Shown: in pieces, positions 9,929 through 20,031 of the stretch
Position numbering within the stretch: position 1 is the first letter of the stretch
Layout of the letters: every line of letters starts with the position of its first letter
From: an uncultured Clostridium sp.
GTDB lineage: Bacteria > Bacillota > Clostridia > TANB77 > CAG-508
Length of the DNA: 64,000 bases
Assembly: GCA_947641575.1 (NCBI GenBank)
Contig: CANRQN010000002.1
Span: forward strand, 8,494 to 72,493
Direction: 5' to 3'
The notes under the pieces: generated by a model
Database searches by the model: none
What the model was told of the DNA's origin: nothing
Seen by the model: only the letters and a program-made list of their open reading frames with translations
Position numbers and translations under genes: made by a program

Positions 9929-10676
9929 TTACTCAGGTTTTGCAATATAATATCCAACACCTCTTTTTGTAACAAGTATCTGTGGGTTTGTTGTATCTTC
10001 TTCTATTTTTTCTCTTATTCTTCTTACTGTAACATCTACTGTTCTTATATCTCCAAAGTATTCATATCCCCAAACTTTCTCTAGTAAAAGTTCTCTTGAT
10101 ACAATTTGTCCGAGGTTGCATTGCTAAGTATTTTAGTGCTTCAAATTCTCTAACTGTTAAGTCTACTTTTTCTCCTCTAACTTTTACCTCAAATCTATCT
10201 ATATCTAAGCTTAAATCGCCTACTTCTATTTTATGCTCTTCTTTCTTTTCTTTTGTTTCTGAAACTATCACTGGAACTTCTGATTTTCTTAAGTTTGCTT
10301 TTACTCTTGCCATAAGTTCTCTTACACTAAATGGTTTTGTTATGTAGTCATCTGCTCCAAGTTCTAACCCTACAATTTTGTCTAATTCCTCATCTTTTGC
10401 TGATAATATTAGGATTGGAACATTTGGAATAGCACTTTTTATTTTTTTGCATGCTGTTAGTCCATCCATTTTTGGAAGCATTATATCGAGTAAAATTAAG
10501 TCGGGCTTCTTTTCTAACGCCATTTCTACTGCTGTTACTCCATCATTTGCTTCTATTGTATTATATCCTTCTTTTTTTAAGTTGTATACTAATATGTCTA
10601 TTATCGATTGTTCATCATCTACTACTAATATTGTTTTCTTGTCTTCATCATCAAACATAACTTGTCCGCCTTTCAT
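9929..10676 (-). CDS. OmpR-family response regulator; one CGG(+1) site at 10109-10112
   Basis: Receiver domain (ILVVDDEQSI..DLILLDIMLPKMDG). Junction LAMQP-[C][29 protein letters not shown] restores the winged helix. 748 minus 1 is 249 codons. Confidence 0.85.
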
Positions 10677-10751
10677 TTAAGACTTTATACTATGTTTATA
10701 TCACATATTTTAAATTAAAACAAGTATTTTTGTATTTTTAATCTTAAGTTT

Positions 10752-11587
10752 TTGTTATTTCTATGTTATTTAGATTATAACCGAATTTGCTACTAATTTT
10801 ATAATGTCCGTTCTACATTTACATTCTACTTTATTTAGATTATAGCATATAGAGTTAACCATCTTGTATATAATTCTTTTTCATATTTACATTCTACTTT
10901 ATTTAGATTATAACTAGAGAATATGAATCACATTCCATATGTGAGTTAGGATTTACATTCTACTTTATTTAGATTATAACTTTGCTAATCCATTTATGAG
11001 TGCAATGGAATTTATATTTACATTCTACTTTATTTAGATTATAACGTTACAGAATTACCGCATAAAACTTAAAGTGAAAGAATTTACATTCTACTTTATT
11101 TAGATTATAACGTAATGCTTGATATAACTGCATTATAATAATAACGAATTATTTACATTCTACTTTATTTAGATTATAACACTATAGTAATGTAATTAAT
11201 TTAGTAGCACAGCTAATATTTACATTCTACTTTATTTAGATTATAACTGAGTGCTATAGAGATATGCAATTGACACAATTAGAAGAATTTACATTCTACT
11301 TTATTTAGATTATAACATGTGAGTTAGGAGGAGAAAATGTTTGAATTTTTTGAATTTACATTCTACTTTATTTAGATTATAACTGAAATGCAATATTTTT
11401 GATTTTATCTATGATATAATCATTTACATTCTACTTTATTTAGATTATAACTGAGTGCTATAGAGATATGCAATTGACACAATTAGAAGAATTTACATTC
11501 TACTTTATTTAGATTATAACTAAAACAAACTTTGAATAACTAAAGCCTTCATATCAAATTTACATTCTACTTTATTTAGATTATAAC
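10752..11587 (-). CRISPR. CRISPR array: 13 repeats (30 bp) and 12 spacers (35-39 bp), type I-B repeat
   Basis: Minus-strand repeat GTTATAATCTAAATAAAGTAGAATGTAAAT. Repeat starts (plus coordinates): 10752 (degenerate), 10817, 10885, 10951, 11016, 11082, 11151, 11218, 11287, 11354, 11422, 11491, 11558. The degenerate repeat is distal to cas2 and the leader is proximal. Confidence 0.97.
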
Positions 11588-11767
11588 AGGCTAATTCTAA
11601 AGCTTCATATATAGCCATTTTCACTTACTATTTCTGTCGTTCTATATTTATTTTATCATATAAATTCAATTTTTCAAACTATTTTTTATAAAATACCTAT
11701 TTATAGCACCTTTTGCAATCTGTCGGTTCCCCACAGTTTTTACACTATTAGACATCGACAGATAGAT
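11588..11767 (-). promoter_or_regulatory. CRISPR leader (AT-rich region between cas2 and the first repeat)
   Basis: Position between the cas2 stop and the best-conserved repeat. Polarity of repeat degeneration supports it. Confidence 0.6.
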
Positions 11768-12052
11768 TTATAGAAAGTTAGAAGTTTTATCATCTTCAAT
11801 CATCCCCAAAAATTCCTTATCTAGCCATCTTTGATTTCTGCTCTTAAATAGTATCACACTATCCTTATCTTCTCTTATATATTTATCAAGTTCCTTTTTT
11901 AATTTTATTGCTTGCGATTCCAAAAGTTCCCCCTCAAAAACTGAATTTTGAATATGTACTAAATACTTTTTACATGTTTTATATACATTTCTTAAAACTT
12001 TCTGTCCTTCTCTTTCCTCCAAATTTATATCATACACTAAAATCACATACAT
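11768..12052 (-). CDS. cas2: CRISPR-associated endoribonuclease Cas2
   Basis: MYVILVYDI... start (ATG 12050-12052), just after the cas1 stop. The track ORF extends to 12079. Confidence 0.9.
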   Translation of the reverse strand: MYVILVYDINLEEREGQKVLRNVYKTCKKYLVHIQNSVFEGELLESQAIKLKKELDKYIREDKDSVILFKSRNQRWLDKEFLGMIEDDKTSNFL

Positions 12053-12053
12053 A

Positions 12054-13046
12054 TTACCACCACATCTTAAACCCTTCATATGATATATCTTCCATAAGAT
12101 GTTTTATTAGTTTATAAACTTCTAACCTCATTAAATATTCATAACTTACTTCTCTTCCTAATTTCTTATGCATTATTTTAGTTTGAAGTTTTGCATCAAT
12201 CTCTTTTGTTATTTCCTTCCTTGCATCCTCTTTTATATATAAAAAGTTCAAATTTTTTTCAAAATCCTTTTCTGTTAATTGTTTTTTATTAAGCATTGAA
12301 AATATTAATCTATCACCTATTATTGGTTTAAATATTTCTGCAATATCTAGGCAAAGTGAAAATCTTCTTTCTGAAGGTTCATGTAAATAACTAATTGTTG
12401 GATTCAACTGCGTCTTATATATTTCGCTTAGTACTCTAGTATATATTATTGTATTAACATATGATATAAGTGAATTTATAGCATTATCAGGTGGATTTTT
12501 GACTCTTTTTTCAAATTCTAAGTCTTGGTTTATTATGTTTGGCCATGCATCATAGTATAGTTTTCTTATATTCCCTTCTATTCCCATAAGTTCTTGAACA
12601 TCTTTGCATAATTCTATTTGAGTTCTAAAAAACTCTATTTCTTTCATATGTTCATTTACATCTTTTCCCCTATTATTATAATATGTTAAATTTCTATATA
12701 TATTGTAAGATGCCGCTTCTATAAATGCTTTTGCAATTTCTAATCTTTTTTCTTTATTAGTATAATTTTCTACCTGCTTAATTAATAATTTCCCAGAGAC
12801 TAAACTTTCTTTTGGATAATATGTGCCAGTGTAAAATCCATAATAATTAAAGAAATGCACACTAATTCCAAATTGTGATAAATAATTTATCAGTTTAGTA
12901 TTAAAGTCGAATTCAGTCATTACATATATATCATCAATTCTTTCAATTGGAATACTTTTCTTTGTTCCATCACTATATACTATTTCAATAGTGTTATCTT
13001 TTCTCTGTAACCTTCCACTTTTATATAAATAATATGATTGCTTCAT
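12054..13046 (-). CDS. cas1: CRISPR-associated endonuclease Cas1
   Basis: 330 aa, positioned between cas4 and cas2, Cas1-like sequence. Confidence 0.9.
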   Translation of the reverse strand: MKQSYYLYKSGRLQRKDNTIEIVYSDGTKKSIPIERIDDIYVMTEFDFNTKLINYLSQFGISVHFFNYYGFYTGTYYPKESLVSGKLLIKQVENYTNKEKRLEIAKAFIEAASYNIYRNLTYYNNRGKDVNEHMKEIEFFRTQIELCKDVQELMGIEGNIRKLYYDAWPNIINQDLEFEKRVKNPPDNAINSLISYVNTIIYTRVLSEIYKTQLNPTISYLHEPSERRFSLCLDIAEIFKPIIGDRLIFSMLNKKQLTEKDFEKNLNFLYIKEDARKEITKEIDAKLQTKIMHKKLGREVSYEYLMRLEVYKLIKHLMEDISYEGFKMWW

Positions 13047-13057
13047 TTATTCCTCCC

Positions 13058-13576
13058 TTACACATAGCACAAATCAAAATATGAACATTTCTTACATTTC
13101 TTATCTTCTTCCTTAATTGGCGGATTGTCCATTTTTATTATTTCCTTTATCTTTTCTATAGTATCTTTTAATATTTTTCTATCTTCATCATCTAGAACTA
13201 TCTCTTTTCTTTGCTTTAACAATGGATAATCAATTTCAGCATTAATATCTTTTACTCCTTTATTTTCTAAATAGTACATATAATATTTAAGTTGCCAAAT
13301 TCCTGCTTCTTCAATAGCTTTTGTCTTCTTTACCTCATGGAGTGTCGCTCCATCATTTACAAAATCTATATTTATAGTTCCATCTATTAGCATATTTTTC
13401 TTTTCTCTTACATAGCTTGTTTCATCTATAATTTTCCCAATGCTTACAAGTTCACTATTTTGCTCCATTTCAAGCTCATTTGCAAAATACCAAAGTTTTT
13501 TCTTGCATATAAAGTAATAGTAAATCATTACCCCTGTTATATCTTTCATGATATTCCTCCTAACAAAACTTTTCAT
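13058..13576 (-). CDS. cas4: CRISPR-associated exonuclease Cas4
   Basis: C-terminal CKKCSYFDLC cluster and N-terminal Cys. Probable true start is MKDITG at 13549. Confidence 0.85.
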   Translation of the reverse strand: MKSFVRRNIMKDITGVMIYYYFICKKKLWYFANELEMEQNSELVSIGKIIDETSYVREKKNMLIDGTINIDFVNDGATLHEVKKTKAIEEAGIWQLKYYMYYLENKGVKDINAEIDYPLLKQRKEIVLDDEDRKILKDTIEKIKEIIKMDNPPIKEEDKKCKKCSYFDLCYV

Positions 13577-15770
13577 TTAGTTCATATTCTTCATCTTTTT
13601 CTAGCAATAGCCCTATTTCTTTATCATACTTTAAATCTATTATATATATCTTTTCTTCTTTCATATATGGGTTTTCTGTTACATATCCCTTTACTTTTTG
13701 ATACTGTGAATTAGTAATTGATGTAGTTAATTTATTAATCTTTCTTTTTAGACTAGATTTATTCTTATATTCGCTTTCCTTTTCATATTCTTGAAATAAA
13801 TCCAAATTCTCATCATATATCTTCTTTGGAACAACTATAATATTATCTATATTTCTAAGTAATTTTTGTGCTTCTTTTTTATTTGTATCATAATCTACCA
13901 CATTGTTTAAAATATTCATTCCATTTTCGAACTTTTTTAAAAAGTCTGTTCCTGCCAATTTTTCCTTTGAGTATAACTCATCTACTAATTGTATTTTCTC
14001 CCTTTCTACTATTAATTTTTTATTATATGGTGTTAAAAGTTCTATACTCTTTTTATAAATATCTTCATCATATATGTATTTAATTCCTGTAACTTCTTTA
14101 GTATATATATAAATATTAGGTTCTTTTTCATCATATTCCCTATTTCTATAACATCTTCCAAATCTTTGAAATATACTATCTAGCGTTGACATTTCTGTAC
14201 ATAAAAAGTCAAAATCTATATCCAAAGATGCCTCTACAATTTGTGTTGTTATCCATATCCCATGCTTATTTATGCTCTTTGAAAAGTCTTTAATTTCTTC
14301 TTCTTTTTCATTTCTATCTTGTAATATAAATCTAGAATGTAATAAATTTATATTTTCGCAATTTTTTAAAGACTCATACATCTCTATAGCCTTATTGATC
14401 GTATTACATATAACTAATACTTTGCTATTTTTCCCTTTTTCTTTTATTTCTTCTATATCTTCTAGCATGCTTTTTTCTTCTAATAGAATCCTATGTCTTT
14501 TTACGTCTTTGATAAATTCTCCATATCTAATTTTTACTCCCATTTTTTCTAGTTCATCTTTATATATTCTAGGAAGTGTTGCTGTCATAACCATAAACTG
14601 TCCATTCATTTCATAAATCATTTGCAATCCTTTTAATATAATTGCTACAATTTCTGGTGAATAACCTTGTATTTCATCTATTATAATTTTGGAATACCCT
14701 AAAGTTGCATATATTTTTTCATATCCTCTGTATTTAAAAACAAATGGAAAAATTTGATCAATAGTGCATGCAGTGATTTTTTCAGCTAAATTCCTTGATG
14801 CTTCATAATTATTTACTTTTACGTCAAATTCTTGTTTTTCCTCCAGATAATCTAAAGCTGTTGAATGCAGTAGTCCTACATGTTCATACTTTATTTCATC
14901 ACGAATTCTATCAAAAATTGCATTAATACTTATTCTAATTGGTAATGTAAAGAAAGTCTTACTATTTTTACTCCAAAGCAATGCCGCTTCTGTTTTTCCT
15001 ATCCCTGTAGAGCCTACTACTAGTAAATTTTCTCCTTGATTTTGTTTGCTAAATTTTTGTATTTCTCTTAAATCATATCCTTTTTCTTTTATGCTATTTT
15101 CTACTAAGTTTGAAATTACTTCTTTGGTTTCATTTTCTACAACTATTCCAGCAGAGCTACTATGGTCTAATCTATGTAGCAATCCTTTTAACAAGAGATA
15201 TTCTTCATATAAACTATCTCTTTTAGAAATCCTATCTCTTTTTCCACTACCAATTTCTATTAAGTAAAATGATGATGGATTTTTCTCTATTTCTATTCCA
15301 GTTTCATTCTCTATTTCAGTTAATCTTGGAAGAATATCCTCTTTAATAATTTTATCTACTAAAGTATTATTTACTACTTGTTTCTCTCTTTCATGATGAT
15401 AGAAAATCACTTGATAAACTAGTTTTTCTTCATCTATTGTCAGATTAAATTTTTGTATTGGAATAAAAAGCGGAGATAATTCTTCATGTTTTACTGCTTC
15501 GTAATCAAATTTGGTTGGTAAAAGCTCTATTCCTAATTTTTTTCTTATTTCATTTTGAAATGGTGTATATGCCTTTCCTAAATCATGATAAGTACATATT
15601 ATTTCTAATAAATTCCAGAATCTCTCTTTATCTATATTTCTTCCTTTTAATATTTCTTCACCATATGTATTTTTTAGTATCTTTAGATTATTTAATAATT
15701 GATCTGTATGTTCCTTTATCGATTGCTCTGGATTAGATTTCGCATAATACATTTTAATTTTTCCTTTCAA
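13560..15770 (-). CDS. cas3: Cas3 (HD nuclease plus DEAD/DEAH helicase)
   Basis: HD region (YHDLGKAYTPFQ), Walker A GSTGIGKTEAAL, DEIQ box. 736 aa. Confidence 0.9.
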   Translation of the reverse strand: MKGKIKMYYAKSNPEQSIKEHTDQLLNNLKILKNTYGEEILKGRNIDKERFWNLLEIICTYHDLGKAYTPFQNEIRKKLGIELLPTKFDYEAVKHEELSPLFIPIQKFNLTIDEEKLVYQVIFYHHEREKQVVNNTLVDKIIKEDILPRLTEIENETGIEIEKNPSSFYLIEIGSGKRDRISKRDSLYEEYLLLKGLLHRLDHSSSAGIVVENETKEVISNLVENSIKEKGYDLREIQKFSKQNQGENLLVVGSTGIGKTEAALLWSKNSKTFFTLPIRISINAIFDRIRDEIKYEHVGLLHSTALDYLEEKQEFDVKVNNYEASRNLAEKITACTIDQIFPFVFKYRGYEKIYATLGYSKIIIDEIQGYSPEIVAIILKGLQMIYEMNGQFMVMTATLPRIYKDELEKMGVKIRYGEFIKDVKRHRILLEEKSMLEDIEEIKEKGKNSKVLVICNTINKAIEMYESLKNCENINLLHSRFILQDRNEKEEEIKDFSKSINKHGIWITTQIVEASLDIDFDFLCTEMSTLDSIFQRFGRCYRNREYDEKEPNIYIYTKEVTGIKYIYDEDIYKKSIELLTPYNKKLIVEREKIQLVDELYSKEKLAGTDFLKKFENGMNILNNVVDYDTNKKEAQKLLRNIDNIIVVPKKIYDENLDLFQEYEKESEYKNKSSLKRKINKLTTSITNSQYQKVKGYVTENPYMKEEKIYIIDLKYDKEIGLLLEKDEEYELNEKFC

Positions 15771-15830
15771 TATACAATTCTAATAGCGACGCAAGATGTT
15801 AATTCTTTTTTCAACTTTTTTAGCCACACT

Positions 15831-16493
15831 TTATAGTAAGTGTGGCTCTTTATCATAGAAAAACACATAGTTTCCGTCTTCATCTATTAATGCTTCTCTT
15901 AGTCCTTTATTTGTATGTCTTTCTATATATTTTACATTAACTTTGTCCCATTTTCTAAGATTATTTACAACTTTATATGTAGTATTTAGTCTATAGTTAA
16001 TTCCTCTAATTTTATCATCTATATATTCAGGTACATATGCATTATATTCATTAATCATTCCTCTTGATATTTGCATTTCTCCTATTATTTTCACTTCATC
16101 TACTCTTACCATGTCCTCATTTCTTCCAAGTGTAAATGTTTCTTTTCCCATAGTAATATTTTTATATAATTTTTCTATTATATCGTCTTCTGCTTGAATG
16201 TGAATAATTAACTCTACATTTAATAACTGATGTACATTTCTTGGCATAGATGTAACTTGGTCTTTTCCTTTAAACATTCTTAAATTCTGATAATTTGAAA
16301 ATATACTTTCATATTTACCTTGCACAGAAATATTCATCGAAAAATATTCTCCTGACTTTGCTTCTAATATTTTGTGTAGCATTCCTATTACTGTAGAATA
16401 TGGTGGTAATGGATAAGTTTCTGCAACTTTAAAAGCAAATGGCTTTTTATAGCATGCTGTTTCTTGAAATAGTTTTAATCTTAAATATTTCAC
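15831..16493 (-). CDS. cas5: Cas5 (type I-B)
   Basis: 220 aa, positioned between cas7 and cas3. N-terminal MKYLRLKLFQETACYKKPF is typical of Cas5. Confidence 0.8.
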   Translation of the reverse strand: MKYLRLKLFQETACYKKPFAFKVAETYPLPPYSTVIGMLHKILEAKSGEYFSMNISVQGKYESIFSNYQNLRMFKGKDQVTSMPRNVHQLLNVELIIHIQAEDDIIEKLYKNITMGKETFTLGRNEDMVRVDEVKIIGEMQISRGMINEYNAYVPEYIDDKIRGINYRLNTTYKVVNNLRKWDKVNVKYIERHTNKGLREALIDEDGNYVFFYDKEPHLL

Positions 16494-16507
16494 CCTATCA
16501 CCTCTTT

Positions 16508-17410
16508 CTATTTTTTGTAATACTCCTCTACTTGCTTCTCTAAGTTTTCAAAGAAATCTTGCACATTAGAAACTTTTCCCTCAAATATTTCTTCTATTTC
16601 TTTTTCATTTTTAAATGTGTCTTTTATAATTCCTACTTTTGTATCATCATAAATAGAATTTCCCCCTATTTTTAAGTTTATTGTATCTTTCAACATATTT
16701 GTATTTAGTGAAAATTCCTTATTTCTCCCTTCTAACTCGATTCTTCCTAAGAAAAATGGTGAATTTAAGTCGTAAATTCCTCCTATTACAAATAATGGAC
16801 TTAAGTTTTCTTCTCTTCCTCTTATATCTCTATTTAATACTTTTATTATTTCTAATAATTCCTTTACTCTCTTAGCTCTTATCTCTTTATCTATTTCTAC
16901 ATTATCATCTACACCTACTTTTGCCAAATCTATTGTTATTGTATATGTGTAGAAGCTTAAATGTTGTTCAATATTTGCTAGATTTGGAAATTCATTTATT
17001 CTATCTGCTAATCCTTTGTTATTTAAAAAGTCCATATCGCTTTTATAATCTTCTAGAGAAATTGCATTGCTTAATCTAACTGCTGCACTTCTAATGCTAG
17101 AATTTCCCTCTTCCTTTTTTGCTGTTTTCATATATCCGAATAAATCCATTTCTTCTGAATCTTCTATTGTTAATTCATCTTTAAATTGAACTGTTCCTTT
17201 TGATTTATCTACTACTTCTAAGTTCCATCCAAATAGTTTATTTCCAATTCTTGCTATATCATATCTTAGTGCTTGTCTTGATGCAAATGTATATACACTC
17301 CCATCTCCTCTTGTTAGTTTTTTTAGTTCTGAAATATTTCCAATTCCTTCTCCATAATTTAAGCTTTGTGCTTTAAAAATCATTGTTATACTTAATCCAT
17401 TTTTATTCAT
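16508..17410 (-). CDS. cas7: Cas7 (type I-B backbone subunit, Cst2/DevR family)
   Basis: 300 aa, operon position, LNYGEGIGNISELKK motif. Confidence 0.8.
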   Translation of the reverse strand: MNKNGLSITMIFKAQSLNYGEGIGNISELKKLTRGDGSVYTFASRQALRYDIARIGNKLFGWNLEVVDKSKGTVQFKDELTIEDSEEMDLFGYMKTAKKEEGNSSIRSAAVRLSNAISLEDYKSDMDFLNNKGLADRINEFPNLANIEQHLSFYTYTITIDLAKVGVDDNVEIDKEIRAKRVKELLEIIKVLNRDIRGREENLSPLFVIGGIYDLNSPFFLGRIELEGRNKEFSLNTNMLKDTINLKIGGNSIYDDTKVGIIKDTFKNEKEIEEIFEGKVSNVQDFFENLEKQVEEYYKK

Positions 17411-19262
17411 CTTTTTTTACCTCCACTTTTTCTTCTCTTTTATTTGATATTAAACCTGCTAAAAAGCTATGTCCTATTGATTCAAAATCTAAATTTGTTT
17501 CTTTCATTATTTCTATAAAGATTGGTGATACATCTTTTTCCATTGACATATGAATTCGTAAAATAGTATCCATAAGTTCCTTTCTGTTGCCTGTTCTAAT
17601 TGAATTTAGCATTTTATATGTATATCCATCTATTCTGTTTTCTTCTCCTCTTGCTTTTAATTTCTCATGTATTTCTACTCCTAAGTTATACAAGACACTT
17701 AGCCTTGCATTATTTTTCTTTATTTCTTCTTCCACATTATCTTCCTCCTTTTTTAGTAAATTTAAGGTTAATCTTATTTTAGTTCCTAGATAAGAATAAA
17801 ATCCAAATGGGCTTTCCTCTTTTAATTCTTCTCTTAATCTATCATTTATTACATATTTTATATCTTTGCTTTTTAAAATACATTCCATAATTTGGAGCTT
17901 ATAGCTATATTCTTTAATTGGGTTTAACATAGAATTTGCATATTGTTTGAAAAATTTTGCTATATGTCTATTTATATTAAAATATTGCATTCTGCTATAT
18001 GCACCATATTCTGTTTCAAATTCTATAACAAAAATGTTTTCAAGCTCCCAGCTACTAATCTCCTTATTTTGCTCCACTATATTTAATATCAAGTCACTAT
18101 ATGGATTGTTTTCTGCTGTTTTATCTTTTTTCATTCTTGCTTTAAAATAATTATTTGTTTCTAATAAAGCTTTAATATTTGTATCATAATTTACAAAGTT
18201 TAGTATTTCTTTTTCTTTATATACTACCTTTCCTTTGTCTTGTTCTTTTACAATTTTTGAAATTGTTGTAATTCCTGCTGGTATACAGAATAAGATTAAT
18301 TTACAGATATCGCAAACTGGAAATTCTGCATTTTGATTCCAAAAGAAATTTTTCATATTATCACTACTAATTGCAAGTGGTGCAAAATTACTTTCTGAAT
18401 AATTGCTAGTAATAGTGTGTTCATTCTCACACATATAGCAAGGTGAAAATACTTTTTCTTGTATATAACTTTGTATTTCTTCTAGTGTTTTATTTTTTTC
18501 TATGTATTTTTTTGTTATATTGTTATATATTCCATTCATTTCTTTTGTTAAAAGCTCAGAATCACTTTTTTCTATATATTCCTTTATTTGTTCTATACTA
18601 TGTTTTCCTTCTACAATCTCTTGCAAGTAGTCTGTCTCTATTATGTTGCTTATATAGTCTTTATACATTACATCTTGTTGCTCTTTATACGATAATCCTG
18701 TTTTTACAACATTTAAAAAACTAGGCTGACCAAAGTAATTTTTACTTAGTATACTTTTAAATAAGTTCATTGTAATTCTTTCGTTTATTTCTTCTTTTTG
18801 TACTTGGGCTATAATAACTTTTTGTATCTCTTCTAATGCTTCTTTTTCTTCTGCTTTGTCAATTTCATTATACTTGTTAGCTATATTGTTATATATTTCT
18901 TCATTTATTTTTTTGATTTTATCTAACTGAGTTTTTATATATGCTTTTATATATTTTTTCTCTGTTTTTATTTTCTCTTTTGTTTCTTTATTTTTTTTCT
19001 CTTCTTCTGTTTTTTCTCCTAAGTATTTCTCTATTCTTTCAAAAGATGTTTTTATTCTATCTTCTGTTTTCTCGGCTATATTATATGTATCAAAGAAATA
19101 TTTAAAATAGTCTTTTTGAAATTCTTTTAATTCTTTTGTATCAAATTCAATGTAATTTTCTTCTATTTTTACAAATTCTCTTTTGTTATGTTCTACTATT
19201 TTTAAAAATCCTATTATTCCTGCATTGTAAAACCATTCTCTTGTATATACTTTTACTTTCAA
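17403..19262 (-). CDS. cas8b: Cas8b large subunit (type I-B)
   Basis: 619 aa, positioned between cas6 and cas7. Cys pairs CYMCEN..CDICK. Confidence 0.75.
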   Translation of the reverse strand: MKVKVYTREWFYNAGIIGFLKIVEHNKREFVKIEENYIEFDTKELKEFQKDYFKYFFDTYNIAEKTEDRIKTSFERIEKYLGEKTEEEKKNKETKEKIKTEKKYIKAYIKTQLDKIKKINEEIYNNIANKYNEIDKAEEKEALEEIQKVIIAQVQKEEINERITMNLFKSILSKNYFGQPSFLNVVKTGLSYKEQQDVMYKDYISNIIETDYLQEIVEGKHSIEQIKEYIEKSDSELLTKEMNGIYNNITKKYIEKNKTLEEIQSYIQEKVFSPCYMCENEHTITSNYSESNFAPLAISSDNMKNFFWNQNAEFPVCDICKLILFCIPAGITTISKIVKEQDKGKVVYKEKEILNFVNYDTNIKALLETNNYFKARMKKDKTAENNPYSDLILNIVEQNKEISSWELENIFVIEFETEYGAYSRMQYFNINRHIAKFFKQYANSMLNPIKEYSYKLQIMECILKSKDIKYVINDRLREELKEESPFGFYSYLGTKIRLTLNLLKKEEDNVEEEIKKNNARLSVLYNLGVEIHEKLKARGEENRIDGYTYKMLNSIRTGNRKELMDTILRIHMSMEKDVSPIFIEIMKETNLDFESIGHSFLAGLISNKREEKVEVKKDE

Positions 19263-19279
19263 ATTTTCTCCTCCTTTCT

Positions 19280-20002
19280 TTAAATCAAATCAAATAGTCC
19301 GAATCCCATAGCTTTTTTAGTACCAATTCCACTTTTATATAAATAATTTAAGAGCTTACTATCACCTGTTAATTCAAATGTCCCAAGTGAACATTCTATG
19401 CTATATTCATATAGCTTTACTACTGTTTTTCTTGCATTTACTGGCTTTATTTCAAATCCATCTAGTAAACTGCTATCTAGTCCTTCTTCTTTCATTTGTT
19501 CTAATATATTTATTCTTATGTATTTATTAAAATCTTCTTCTTTTTCAAATGAATAATATTTGTCTTTCTTTGTAACTCTGTCATGGTTTCTAACAATAAT
19601 TGGGCTTGACATTTTTACTTTTATACTATTTTTTGTTATTTCTTTTTCTACAATTGGTACCACTTTTATTAATGTCATTGAATTTTGATTTAAACTAAAC
19701 TTTTTGTTTCTTTGTCTCATAAATGCATTGTATAAATGCAACATATATGCATAATCATATCCTGAAAAAACTATATAAAACCCTGTTGTTTCTAGGGTAA
19801 TTTTGTTTAATTCAAACTTAGGATAAGGTAATATAGCACTATATGTATATGTTTTTTTCTTTGTTTTTCCTTCTCCATATAATTCCTGAAATAGATTTTC
19901 ATCATATTCTTGTATGCTATGCTTGAAGTAGCTAATTATTGACTTTCTGTATTGTATATCTAATTCAGGTTTTTCTAGTTCAAAGATAAGTTTCATTCTC
20001 AT
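19280..20002 (-). CDS. cas6: Cas6 endoribonuclease
   Basis: 240 aa, first gene of the operon, C-terminal glycine-rich loop GIGTKKAMGFGLF. GGAGG RBS. Confidence 0.85.
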   Translation of the reverse strand: MRMKLIFELEKPELDIQYRKSIISYFKHSIQEYDENLFQELYGEGKTKKKTYTYSAILPYPKFELNKITLETTGFYIVFSGYDYAYMLHLYNAFMRQRNKKFSLNQNSMTLIKVVPIVEKEITKNSIKVKMSSPIIVRNHDRVTKKDKYYSFEKEEDFNKYIRINILEQMKEEGLDSSLLDGFEIKPVNARKTVVKLYEYSIECSLGTFELTGDSKLLNYLYKSGIGTKKAMGFGLFDLI

Positions 20003-20031
20003 CCTTTTTCACCTCCATTCTTTTTTTATGT

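Noticed and set aside
15771-15812. Possible 3' fragment of the structured repeat element in the cas5-cas3 spacer
   Set aside because: Only about 24 nt resemble copy C (aata[ga]c[ga]acgcaagatg). There is no CTAGGC motif and no pairing partner. It is mentioned under the family finding but not annotated as a feature.
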